Below are positions 51,990 through 64,000 of a stretch of DNA of 64,000 nucleotides, one piece after another. Both the position numbers and the translations under genes were made by a program. Positions within the stretch are counted from its first letter, which is position 1; each line of letters opens with the position of its first letter. The notes under the pieces were generated by a model. It searched no databases. It was not told the DNA's origin and saw only the letters and a program-made list of their open reading frames with translations. Origin of the DNA: Octopus vulgaris (lineage: Eukaryota); NCBI GenBank assembly GCA_951406725.2, contig OX597818.1, positions 37,882,001 through 37,946,000 on the forward strand, written 5' to 3'.

Positions 51990-53360
51990 ATAATAATAAT
52001 AATAATAATTGTGTACAGTGCTCAGGTGCACTACAACTCATCTAAAGTGTATATATAATCAGGTGTAGTTTCGGCGGATTTCGGAAAGCATGAGGGCCTT
52101 AAAAGATGCAGTGTCATGGCAGTCAACAACTGACGCAGGCAGTTTATTCCATGCTTCAGCAACTCTGAGCGTGAAAAAATGTTTCCAAAAGTCATGGGAG
52201 CTGTATTGTTTTCTGACTTTGTAGGCATGTCCACGTGTGTTAGACACATGGAGATCAAAAAGGTGTTCAGTGTTGTTGTTGGTGAGGTGGTTGATAACTT
52301 TGTGGGTGTTTACCAAGTCCGTCGCCAAACGCCGGAGCTTCAGTGAATCCATGCCCAGGGAAACAAGGCGCTCAGAATATGGTAGGTGTCTGATGGAGGG
52401 TATGCGTTTGGTTGCACGTCTCTGGACAGATTCCAGGAGGTCAATTTTCTGTGCAAGATAGGGGTTCCAAACTGATGATGCGAATTCCAAGTGTGGTCGT
52501 ACCATAGCTGTATACAGTTTTAAATAGATGGCTGGAGAGCGGCTAACAAAAGACCTGCTGAGTGATGCCAAGACACCCTCGGCCTTCCTGACAATCTTAG
52601 AGATATGCTTTGACCAACGCAAATCACTGCTGACAGTGATGCCTAGGTCACGCTCGCAAGAGGATTTCTTGATATCAGTGTTGTGGAGGGAGTAAGTGAA
52701 CGCAGGGTTTTTTCTCCCAAAATGCATGGTGGTACACTTGTCCACAGCCAGTTTCAGTTGCCAGTCTGTGATCCATTGCTGCATTGTGTCTAGGTCTGAT
52801 TGCAGGAAAGAGTTGTAGACATCAGGATCTGTCCTCTTGATTTCAAGGTACAGCTTGATGTCATCTGCATATTTCAATACTGTGGCATTCTTTAAATTGG
52901 CATCTATGTCGTTAATGTATGCCACAAACAAGAGGGGACCAAGGACAGATCCCTGTGGTACACCCGATGACATCTCATATGGTGTAGAGTGCTGTCCTAG
53001 AACTGTGACTACCTCCTTTCGGCTGAGGATGAAGGATTTCAACCAGTTAAAAAGGTCATCCCCCACACCCATTGCAGAGAGTTTCACCATAAGCCTTTTG
53101 TGTGGCACAGAGTTGAAAGCCTTAGCAAAGTCAAGGTAGACAACATCCACCCATGAGCCACTGTCAGTAATCTGAGTAATGTCCTCAAGGAACTCGACAA
53201 GCTGGTCACTGCAGCTGGAGTTAGGGACAAATCCATATTGTGAGGGTCGGATGAGACTGTGAGAGCTCCAGAAGTTCCAGAGTGTTTCTCTGACACACGA
53301 TTCCATCAGTTTTGCAATACAGCTAGTGAGACTGACTGGGCGATAGTTGACAGGTGATGT
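51990..53360 (-). mobile_element. 5'-truncated CR1/L2-group LINE with an uninterrupted RT ORF segment (52059-53363) and (ATT)n tail
   Basis: Motifs NYRPVSLTS, YLDFAKAF, GVPQGSVLGPLLF, YADD, LY..MVRPHLE. Short 3'UTR ending in a trinucleotide tail. Confidence 0.95.
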
Positions 53361-54809
53361 CAAACAATATCATCAGATGTTTGGTTTTTAAAAATTCTGT
53401 GGGTTGTTAATCATGTTTTCCAGCTCAGAGACCTTGTAAATTTATATAAAATGCACTGTTGATCTATATTCAGTGGAAAGTACCCAAGTTGTGTGCATTA
53501 CTCAGTTCAAAGCATTGAGACACCATCAAAGATGTCAATTTTTTTTACAATATATCAAGAACTAATCAGCTTTACAGAGATCTTCTTTCCAAACTTCTAA
53601 ATACAGAAATCACAAATACTTCAATAAATACTAATATCAGTCACACCTTTTTTAATTTCTATACAAACATAAGCTTTGTTCACCTGCAACTGTAACACCA
53701 CCTGATATGAATGCTCATCAATATCTATAAAGCTGAAATGCGAAAAAGTTGTTTGATTTCTTGGTTGTCTCATTTTGAGATGGGAATAGTTTAAGGGGTG
53801 GTAGATGGGGTTGGATTGGTGCCAAAATATATACTGGAGGGTAAAATGGGGTGAGGAGGGTTGCAAGTCGCTCGGGGCTACCGTTTGGTTGCCATGGTGA
53901 GGAATATGGAAAAAATTGAGTTTTATGGGATAGACAGGTTGTGCTGTTTGAATAATGGTGGCTTTTCGTGTTGCTGCAGAGGCTAGAGGTGGGTTATCTT
54001 TAATTGTGAGTGTAAGAATTTGGTGGATTTTGGAAAGTGGGGTAAAGAAGAGGGCAATAAAAAGAACCAGGCAAAGAAGAAAGGGAAAAGGAGACAACAC
54101 ACACAAAACAACACCAACACCAAAACCTGAGGGAAGCACGGGGTGGGGGGTCAAAATAGCTAGCCTTCCTTAAACATTCATTTAAAACCCATCAATTGTG
54201 TATCTTAAGTTTCTGTACTAAATGTATAACTCAATTCAGAGGTCTTGTATTAAATACATTCTGTACAGTATCTAAGAAATAGATAAAAACTGGACAAAAG
54301 CAAAAAACTATTTAGAAAATGCTACTTTTGATTTCACAATAAATTACTATTCATTATATTGTAATAACTGACTTGTTAATGCAGTTTTTCATGTCACAGC
54401 TATGATGGTATATATCTACCTTTATTTTGTCTGAGATAGTTTAATATCTTTATTTTATCTCAGGAAGGTCGTTATGCCAATAAACACATACACACACTCA
54501 CACACACACACACTGGTTCGGTTTCACTTTTTTTATTCATCAGCTGGTTAAATGAAGAAATGAAATAGAACTAGTGTTTATTATTGGCATAATGACCCTC
54601 CCTAGATGCAACAAAATCCATTTCAACACACAAGTTCACATCAAGAATCTTACAAACCAAATGCAAAAACTTATGTTTACTTTCTTTTGAAATCACTTAC
54701 AAGGCAAGGTTTAATTTAAAATATAAATGATTAATTTTTATTGATGCAGGGTTTTTTTTTTTCTGTGTGTATTGTAAATTTTTTTTTCCTTGTCTGTTAT
54801 ATTTCAGTT

Positions 54810-54968
54810 ATGCCGCCTAGAAAACGTAATCTGTCAATCAAACATAAATGTCAGCTTCATTTTGTTGAAAGCCCCAAAGAAATTCCACATGGGTTGTTAA
54901 CTCCTATTCCTTGCAGTAATTTCCAAGCAGCTGCCAGATTAACAGAAATAAAAGACAGCCCTTCATGG
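54810..54968 (+). CDS. RHNO1: RHNO1/RHINO-like (RAD9-HUS1-RAD1 interacting) coding exon 1 (MPPRKRNLSIKHKCQLHFVESP...DSPSW)
   Basis: Acceptor tttcag| at 54807, ATG at 54810, donor TGG|gtaagt. The MPPRK start, LxF..P motif and SW half of the SWV motif match RHINO as recalled. Confidence 0.85.
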
Positions 54969-55282
54969 GTAAGTTGCTTTTTGTTGCATTTGCTTTACTG
55001 TAGGAGGAGCCTTAGGTTATCCTTCATTATCAGACCTAATTGATAGTTTATCTAGGAATACATTATCCAATGTATTCTTAAAGATCTCGGGGGTGTATTT
55101 TGAGGGAGATTTGGTTATGATGTTTGGTTGAGTATCTGCACAGACGTTTTCTTGGTTGATTGTCTACATAAGTTTATATGCCACAGCTGACACCAGAATC
55201 CTAACTCTTTTTGCACAGAGCCTTTTACTTTTAATCAGTATAAGATTGATTTTAAAGATATGTTAAGCCCCTTACTGTATAT

Positions 55283-55688
55283 ACTCTTTACTCTTTTACT
55301 TGTTTCAGACATTTGACTGTGGCCATGCTGGAGCACCGCCTTTAATCGAGCAACTCGACCCCGGGACTTATTCTGTGTAAGCCTAGTACTTATTCTATCG
55401 GTCTCTTTTGCCGAACCGCTAAGTGACGGGGACATAAACACACCAGCTTCGGTTGTGAAGCGATGTTGGGGGTACAAACACAAACACTCACACATATATA
55501 TATACATATATATATACATATATACGACAGGCTCCTTTCAGTTTCCGTCTACCAAATCCACTCACAAGGCTTTGGTCGGCCCGAGGCTATAGCAGAAGAC
55601 ACTTGCCCAAGGTGCCACGCAGTGGGACTGAACCCGGAACCATGTGGTTGGTAAGCAAGCTACATACCACACAGCCACTCCTGCGCCT
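55283..55688 (-). mobile_element. SINE family A in the RHNO1 intron
   Basis: Full-length reverse match. Confidence 0.9.
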
Positions 55689-55780
55689 ATACTTATATAT
55701 TCCTAAATAATTTTCATTAGTCATTAATTACTTCACACTCTACTAATGCTGGTCTTAATGTGAAATAGATGTCAAAGTAT

Positions 55781-55936
55781 ACAGTTTTATATTTAAGAGA
55801 TGAGGAATTATGTACATTATTTACATTTGCCGGATATTTGTCCTCGTCTGATGTTGGCTGGAGGGTATATCAGCCGAAACATTGTGTTAACAACAAACAA
55901 AATGAGGGCAAATATCCGTCAAATGTAAATAATGTA
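55781..55936. mobile_element. Family D, internally collapsed copy (only the arm ends remain)
   Basis: Same left terminus ACAGTT(T)TATATTTAAGAGATGAGG, joined directly to the hammerhead-bearing right arm. Confidence 0.75.
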
Positions 55937-55944
55937 TGTTGCTT

Positions 55945-56101
55945 CTGTGGGCTATGTGGTAAGTAGCTTGCTTAACAACCTCATGGTTCTGGGTTTAGTC
56001 CCACTGCTTGGCATCTTGGGCAAGTGTCTTCTACTATAGCCTTGGGCCGGCCAAAGCCTTGTGGGTGGATTTGGTGGATGGAAACTCAAGGAGGCCCATC
56101 G

Positions 56102-56138
<37 letters not shown>

Positions 56139-56350
56139 ATATGTTTGTGCTTGTCCCCCTAGCATTGCTTGACAACCGATGCTGGTGTGTTTGTGTCCTC
56201 ATCACTTGACGGTTCGGCGGAAAAGACCAATAGAATAGGTACTGGGCTTACAAAGAATGGGTCCCGGGGTCTATTTGCTAGACTAAAGGCGGTGCTCCAG
56301 CATGGCCGCAGTCAAATGACTGAAACAAGTAAAAGTGTGAAAAAGAGTAA
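55945..56350 (+). mobile_element. SINE family A in the RHNO1 intron
   Basis: Near full-length forward match. Confidence 0.85.
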
Positions 56351-56423
56351 ACCTTATATTTCCTTTGACTTTTTTTTACTTTCCCTTAACTCATTTTAAC
56401 AATATGTTCATTTATTTATGTAG

Positions 56424-56795
56424 GTGTCACCCCAATTCACTGACATTAAAGACCTACCAACCAAACAACAAAGAAAAAGAAACGCTAAAGCTAATGTTGA
56501 AAATGACTGTCCCAAAGAACACAACAAGAGATATGGTTCTCTGCAGTTTTTGAAACCAAGATCTCTTCACAAACCTTTTCAAGATTGCCAGTCATTATCA
56601 AACATAGAAAACATTGTGATTAGTCCAAAGTTTACAAATTCTGAAGACTCATTGAAACCAACATGTCCTTGGAACCTCTTTCAAAATTCTCCTTTGGAAC
56701 AAAAAGACTTTGGCAAAATACTAGTTCCTGATACACCTGAAAGGGAATATGGCTTATCAGTGCGGCACAAACAGTTGAGGAAAATCAAAAAATAA
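56424..56795 (+). CDS. RHNO1: RHNO1/RHINO-like coding exon 2 (VSPQF...KRYGSLQF...ILVPDTPEREYGLSVRHKQLRKIKK*)
   Basis: Acceptor tatgtag|GTG in phase 0 rebuilds SWVSPQF (human SWVSPDF). C-terminal LVPDTPEREYG resembles human LVKDTPEDKYG. TAA stop at 56793-56795. Confidence 0.88.
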   Translation: MSPQFTDIKDLPTKQQRKRNAKANVENDCPKEHNKRYGSLQFLKPRSLHKPFQDCQSLSNIENIVISPKFTNSEDSLKPTCPWNLFQNSPLEQKDFGKILVPDTPEREYGLSVRHKQLRKIKK

Positions 56796-56840
56796 TTGAG
56801 TTTTATATGTTGGGTCTTTTATTTATGTGTTATTTATTGC

Positions 56841-56846
56841 AATAAA
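56841..56846 (+). terminator. Candidate polyadenylation signal AATAAA for the RHNO1-like gene
   Basis: AATAAA about 45 nt after the stop codon, followed by T-rich sequence. Confidence 0.5.
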
Positions 56847-58687
56847 GCATTTTATTTATTTAACCTTTCTTTATTTCATGAATATCATGATCAAAAACTT
56901 TCTTTCATTTTATTCCATGATACTTCCATTTCACTTCTTAACTCATGTTTGTTTACCTATTTCTCTGCTACACTCAGCATTATCATTATTGTTTCCCTAT
57001 TTTTAAAATCCCCACCATCTGTTTCTTGAAACAAAACTGGGGGTGTTATTGGGGATGATATGGCTGTTATTCTGTCAGGTTGAACAAATATTTAAAGACT
57101 CCTTCATTGTCTCTTAGATTTATATTTCAGGCTTTAATGTGCAAGAAGTTAATGCAGATAACATTCAGTTTGATATGTTGTATATTTACTGTTGGAGAGA
57201 AAATATTAGTAGGCGGTGGAGTTAAAGTAAGCTAAGCAGTTCTGGTAGAGAAATTGAAGATAAAGTATTGACTAGGTATAGGCATAGTTGTGTGGTTAAG
57301 AAGCTCACTTTGCTACTATGTTGTATCAGATTCAGTCCCACTGCACAGCACCTTGGGCAAGTGTCTTCTAATATAGCCCCAGGCCAATCAATGTGTTTTG
57401 TAAGTGAATTTAATAAATGGAAACTAAGTTGAAAGTATGTTTATATATAATTATATATGTGTGGGTATTTGTGCTTGTGTCCCCACTGTTTGATATCTGG
57501 TGTGGGTTTGTTTATGTCCCCTTAATTTAGTGGTTTAACAAAAGAGGCTGAAAGAATAAGAGACAGAATTTTTTAAAAAATATATACTGGAGCCAATTTG
57601 CTTGGCTAAAACCCTTGAAGTTTGTGCCCCAGCATGGCTGCAATTCAGTAACTGAATAAAGTAAAAGACAGGATATGATTTGAGAGCTTTTGGACAGTGG
57701 TGGTGGCAAGTGGGTTTAGATGGTGGCAGTGCTATAGAATCAGAAGTGCAGTTACCATTTACCAAAGTGGTTGATGAAATGCATGTAAACAGAACTTATT
57801 TTTTTATCGGTGGTGCTCGTGATTTTTTATAGGACTCCAGAAGGAAAGAATATGAAGATTGCATGGGTTAGGGTATTTGGATCATGTTTGATTCCCAGCA
57901 GTGTCTTTGAGCAAGATGCTTAATTTCACATTGCTTCAGTCCACTCATCTAGCAAAATTTAATCAAAGGGCCAGTTTTGCAACACTGTATCACACTGAAT
58001 CTCCCTGAAAACTATACATGAAGTGTATTTGTGGAGTGCTTAGCCACTTGCACATTAACTTCACGAGCAAGCTGTTCCGTCGATCATATCAACTGGAACC
58101 CTCATCGTGTTAACCAACAAAGTGCCAGAGGGAAGAAGAGCAGACGGAATCCTTAAACCAAAGACCTGCCTGGCTTCAATGCTTGCAGCAAAGCAAACTT
58201 TACTGAAGGCACCCAAGGACTAGCTGGTGGAGCTGGACTATGCAACATAAAGTTTAAGCAGACCACAACAGGATTTGAACTTTGAATGCAAAGAGACCAA
58301 GCAAATACTGCATGGAATTGATCTTGTCGTCTTTAATTTGCAGCTTAACCCTTTAGCATTCAGATTTCTTTGTCAAATTTATTGCTTATTGTGTATTCAC
58401 ATTGTTTTGAATTAATCACACATTGTGTAGCTTCAAAATTTCAATGGTGTATTTGTATATTTCTAGAATGATATTGTAGGGTAGGTGTGAAAGGTTGGAT
58501 CTGGTCAGTTTTGATATAAAACAGAATACTTGGATCAGATATGGCTAGATTAAATATCGAACTTAAATTAGATGAAAAACTGTGAAAAGTAGAGTTTATA
58601 GAGGGGTTTTTTTTTGGGGGGGGGGGGTTATTTTAGTTTTTCTACAAAAATGCTATATTTATTGTTCACTCATGTTGTGCTTTTAGT

Positions 58688-59367
58688 TACTCTTTTACTT
58701 GTTTCAGTCATTTGGTTATGGCCATGCTGGAGCACTGCCTTTAGTTGAGCAAATCGACCCCAGGACTTATTCTTTGTAAGCCTAGTACTTATTCTATCGG
58801 TCTCTTTTGCCAAACCGATAAGTTACGGGGATGTAGACACACCAGCATCAGTTGTCAAGCGATGTTGGGGGGGGACAAACACGGGCATATAAACATATAC
58901 ACACACATGCATATATATATATAGATATATACATATACGCACACATGCATATATATATATATATATATATAGATAGATACATATACGCACACATGCATAT
59001 ACATATATATATATATACATAGATACATACATATATGCACACATGCATATACATATATATATACATAGATACATACATATACGCACACATGCATATACAT
59101 ATATATATACATAGATACATACATATACGCACACATGCATATACATATATATACATAGATACATACATATACACACACACACACACACACATACATATAT
59201 ACGACAGGCTTCTTTCAGTTTCCATCTACCAAATCCACTCACAAGGCTTTTGTCTCAGCCTGAGGCTATAGTAGAAGACAGTTGCCCAAAGTACCATGCA
59301 ATAGGACTGAACCCGGAACCATGTGGTTCATAAGCAAGCTACTTACCACACAGCCACTCCTACGCCT
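58688..59367 (-). mobile_element. SINE family A with expanded internal minisatellite (~58885-59195)
   Basis: Family A ends flank tandem ACACATGCATATACATATAT...AGATACAT units. Confidence 0.9.
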
Positions 59368-61117
59368 AGGGTAAAAAAAAAAATGAGTACCAGAGGGAAG
59401 TTAGAGTAAAAAAAAAAGCTTTTGTCTTATAATAGCATCATCCTTTTTCTGTATTGTGTGAGTTGAAAGAGAAGGATGCATAATGACACAACTGATACCA
59501 ACTGGGCAGAAGTGACTGACACAGATGATTCTCTAGAAGAGATCTATTACAGAAAATGTTTTCTAGGTTTTGATTGATATTTTTTCATGAATAACTGGGT
59601 ATTTTAATGTTGTTCAGCTGCTGGCTGGTAATTTTGATTTCCTGTGGAATATCCCTCAGTGTCTGAAAGTGGGCTAGAAAGAGAAGTTGAATTAGACCAA
59701 TTTACTTTAACAAGATTTTGCAATAGGATTGCAACATTTACAGTCAGTTGTAACAAAGTTTCATCATCATTATCATCATTGTTTAACATTTGCTTTCCAT
59801 GCTAGCATGGGTTGGACGATTTGACTGAGGGCTGGCGAACCAGATGGCTGCACCAGGCTCCAATCTTGATCTGGCAGAGTTTCTACAGCTTGATGCACTT
59901 CCTAACGCCTACCACTCCGAGAATGTAGTGGGTGCTTTTATGTGCCACTGGCACGAGGGCCAGTCAGGCAGTACTGGCAACGACCTCGCTCGAATCTTTT
60001 TACACATGCCACCGGCACAGATACCAGTAAGGCGATGCTGGAAACGATCACACTCGAGTGGTGCTTTTTACGTGCCACCAGCAAAGAAGCCAGTTAGCCG
60101 CTCTGGCTGCCACCAGCACAGAAGCCAGTTAGTTTCTCTAAAAGTTTGGAAAACGATAATGGAAAGCTTTAGAATTAGTAAATTTCTTAATAAGCAACAA
60201 ACTCTTTCTAAATATTTGTGTTAGTTTGAGAATGTTGTTGACAATTCCAGCTACAGTGTTATCAAAAGAAAGATCTTTTAGCAAACACTAACATATCTCC
60301 AAGCCACTTTGTTGATATAGCAAGACTAAATATTCAATTAAGTTTTACCTGAGAAATTGATTTCGATAGTGTTAGGAATTTAGCAGATGAAAGACCCAGG
60401 AAAGCTTTGAAGTATATATATTATCAGGTCATTCTGGTGCACAGAAAATAATTTACAAGAGTTTACCTGTTGACATGATCATATCTAGATAGCTTGATAT
60501 TAAACCTCAATTTCAATTATGCCTACATATACCAAAAGCTATCTTTGTTCATACATATATATATATACATACACATACATACAGGGTTGACCAAAATTAC
60601 CTGACTGTAAATCAAAATTCTATAAATACTTAATATTATTTATTTATTTAATAATTGAATGCTGTGAGTTAAAATCTCCAATTTTTTCTTTTTTTTTTTC
60701 AACATTTGTCTATTAGCAAAGTCTCTTATGAAATAATTTTTTTGTTTTAATCTTGGAATTAAATGGGTTTTAATTTACTGTTAGGTGACTTTTGGCCAAC
60801 CTTGTATATATATTATAAAGAAGAGGTTTCATGCTATTTTGTTGTCTTTTATGGGGGGGGGGGAGTAAAAAAATTAAGGATTTAAGCTTTATTTGAACCT
60901 TAAATCCTCGATTTTGAGCAGAGGCTCCCCACCTTATTCCACCCTGCAATATTTCTCTCTGAACCTCTTGATTGCAAATGTCAAAAACATTTAGTTTTAT
61001 ATCTATGAGATCATGTCAACTGTTTACTAAAATGCTAAGCTGTGTAAGCATAAAAATTCCACACTGCAATAAAACAATGTATGTTAACTATGGAGTGATT
61101 TTGAATAGTATTCTGCA

Positions 61118-61157
<40 letters not shown>

Positions 61158-62736
61158 TCTGTCACTGTGAGTAGTATGTGAAGTATTTTTTTGTTTTTCT
61201 TTGTGATTGTTTTAGTAAGAAACAGGAGTAGTAGTTGTAAGGAGGCATAGCACTAGCTAAATAAATACCAGCTACCAAACTATAAAATGATCTGATATAA
61301 AGCCTGATGTATTAACTTTTTTGATCCTGTTCTCCCAAGAAGGCTAAAAGGGTGTTAACTTTGACTAATTGAACTTAGAATTTGGCTACTATATCCTTAA
61401 ACCAACAGTTCTTAAATTATATAAAATAGATAAATAAAGCTGAGTGTAGCTTATTTGGTGCAATTGATTCTAAATAGCTCAGTCCACCTAGCTGTGGGTA
61501 GATTTTTGTTGGTAGAGCACATTTCTTTGAGATAAGCAAGCAAAACATTGTAAATTTGTTAAGTGATTTATTGACTTGCACTGCTAAGTTATGTATGCTG
61601 ACTGGTGAATTTATTTGCTATAGAATGATGTCCTGTTCCAGAGAATCTTTCTCTCTTACTTAGTTCTTTAACATTTAAACTGGCCCATATCTAGCCAAAA
61701 TATTCTACATGTTTTATGTTCAAACTGGCTACACCTGGCCTCTCACGCCAACCTTACAATAACCTAAAAGTTAAGTTACCTCATCAAAATCTCAAAGCTT
61801 CAAGATAATGCGGGATTAATTCAAAACAAAGTGAACAAGAATACTTAGTGCAAACCTCCACCAAGGCAACACCAATGTCCTCTCGACAATTAGCCAGAGA
61901 TGATTTTTAAAATGAGAATATCTGAAATAAACTTGACTGCTCACACAAACGGAAATACTAAAAATGAACCCGACCGCTCTCGAAAATAAATAAAAAAAGA
62001 ACAGGAAAAATAATCCAGAATCCTTGTCTGGTACCAGATAGATCCCAAAATTTAATCAGTTCATGCCAGTCACGAGGCCAAACAACCCTGAAAATTTCAT
62101 TTGAATTCATCCAGCAGTTCTTGAGAAATCCTGTCCGTAGACAAACAAGCAAACGCAACCATAAATAATACCTCTGCCTTTGCTAAGGCGGAGGTGTTAA
62201 ATAAGCATTACTGTTTGAATGGATTATGTGAATGCTAAAAGGTGAAGGTATGTGGCTTAGATTGTAAGGTCGTGAGTTCAATTCTCACTGATGCGTTGTA
62301 CCCTTGAGCATGACACTTTATTTCATGTTACTCCAGTCCACTCAGCTGGCAAAAATGAGTAGTACTTGTAATTCAAAAGGGCCAGCCTTTTCACACTCTG
62401 TGTCACATTGAATTTCCCCGAGAACTACATTAAGGATACATTGTGGTGTGCTCAGCCCCTTACACATTAATTTCATGAGCGAGCTGTTCTGTTGATCAAA
62501 TCAACTGGAACCTTTGTTGTCATAAGTGACAGTGCCAGTCAAAGAGTTAAACACTAGCTCAGTGAACCATGAAAGTTTATGAAAGGAATGTTTAGTTAGA
62601 TAATTATGAATGACTGAACCTTGTTGATGGTAGTTTAATACCTAAAGAGTTCATGGTTAAGATTCTGACACCAATACTATAACATTGAAGAGCCAAAACA
62701 TCTCTTATATTGCTAAAATCTCTTTAGTTTTAAATG

Positions 62737-63061
62737 GAGGAGGAGACCCCCTTCGGTCATGAATGACCATGGGATTGCACCTAGAAAGTTACCCTCAAAG
62801 GCACAAGTCCAGACGAGATTGTTTGTGGAAGGCCAGCAGTCGCCCATGCATACCAGCCTCTCTTCTCCACACCAAAGGAAATGCAAAGGCCGATACAGCT
62901 TGGCACCAGTGATGTCACAACTCATTTCTACAGCTGAGTGAACTGAAGCAACATGAAAATAAAGTGTCTTGCTCAAAAACACAACAAGCAGCCCGGTCCA
63001 GGAATCAAACTCACAATCTCACAATCATAAGCTCGACGTTCCAACCACTAAGCCATGCGCC
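62737..63061 (-). mobile_element. tRNA-derived CORE-like SINE
   Basis: GGCGCATGGCTTAGTGG head and TTGAGCAAGACACTTT core. TSD TAGTTTTAAAT. Related copies at ~62225-62540 and ~57860-58130 (+). Confidence 0.75.
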
Positions 63062-64000
63062 TAGTTTTAAATAGCTACCACTTAATAGTATAGTGGATGG
63101 TGTATATAAGCACTGTAACTTAATGCTTCATTAACTAACTCCACCACCATGAGCATAGTTTGGTGAGCGTGAGCTCAGGTTGAATTCTCCTTTTATCTTA
63201 TACTTATTTCACTCATCGAACTACAGCCAGGCTGGGTCAATGCCTTGAAGTGGTTAGTCAAACAAATCACCCCAGTGCTTGTTTTAAAGTCTGGTACTTA
63301 TCCTATTGGTCGCTTTTGCTGAACTGCTAAGTTATAAGGATATAAGCAACCAGCATCAACTGTCAAGCAGTGATCAGGCAGGAGAGAAAGCACAAAATCA
63401 CACATATATATATACAACAGGCTTCCACGACAGTTTCTGTCTACCAAACTCACTCACAAGGCATTGGTCAACCTGGGGCTATAGTAGAAGACACTTGCCC
63501 AAGGTACTGTGCAGTAGGACCAAACCTGAAACCATGTGGATGGAAAGTGAGTTTCTTAACCACACAGCCATACCTGCACCCCTGTACATCTTGTCAAGAT
63601 AAAATGTTTAAGTGGTGCTCCTAACACCCAATGGCCTTACTTTATCTTTTAGCTTGTTGTTATTAATATTAAGGGAGCATGTTGATGAGAACATTCAAAA
63701 GTAGTTACTAAGCAATTTTAGAAATTATAATTCCCAATGTCACTTCATGGCCATTAATTCAGGGAATGAGAGTACATGAAATTTTTGCTTTTATAAAGCT
63801 GGGTTCACCTTAGAATGAAATTGGATCATGGACCCAGATGACTAGAATTTATATCTGCTTCTCAGAAATTATATTAGCAAGCAAAGTGACTTACATCAAA
63901 GCTCCCAAGTAGGCTAATGATCAAATATTGTGTTGCTTAGCAACTAACTTAGAGAAACTAGTTCAAATAACAATGATTAACAGTCTTATCTTTTACTTGT

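Noticed and set aside
53621-54173. 177-aa and 72-aa ORFs upstream of RHNO1
   Set aside because: No recognisable domain or splice support. Purine-skewed sequence more like an old retroelement 3' end.

Overview
AT-rich, intron-dominated eukaryotic genomic DNA. The repeat families (tRNA-derived SINEs, RTE- and CR1-type LINE remnants, TTAA MITEs, many microsatellites) point to a cephalopod, most likely an octopus; this is inferred from repeat content. Two spliced genes can be reconstructed with consistent splice phases. (1) A forkhead gene most similar to FoxM1 lies on the minus strand, with exons at 8691-7817, 6801-6755, 5807-5640, 3380-3137 and 559-434, and probably continues past the window start. 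(2) A small RHNO1/RHINO-like gene lies on the plus strand (54810-54968 + 56424-56795, 176 aa, with SW|VSPQF and DTPExxYG motifs). The two genes are head-to-head around a relatively CpG-retaining region (~30.4-35.3 kb) with CHR/CCAAT/E2F-like motifs, mirroring the human FOXM1-RHNO1 bidirectional pair. The most unusual non-genic feature is a repeated palindromic retroelement: two divergent tRNA-like heads, each followed by a Penelope-type minimal hammerhead ribozyme, inserted as one unit with 12-14 bp target-site duplications. Most ORFs in the supplied track are repeat or microsatellite artefacts. All homology calls are from motif recognition, not database searches.
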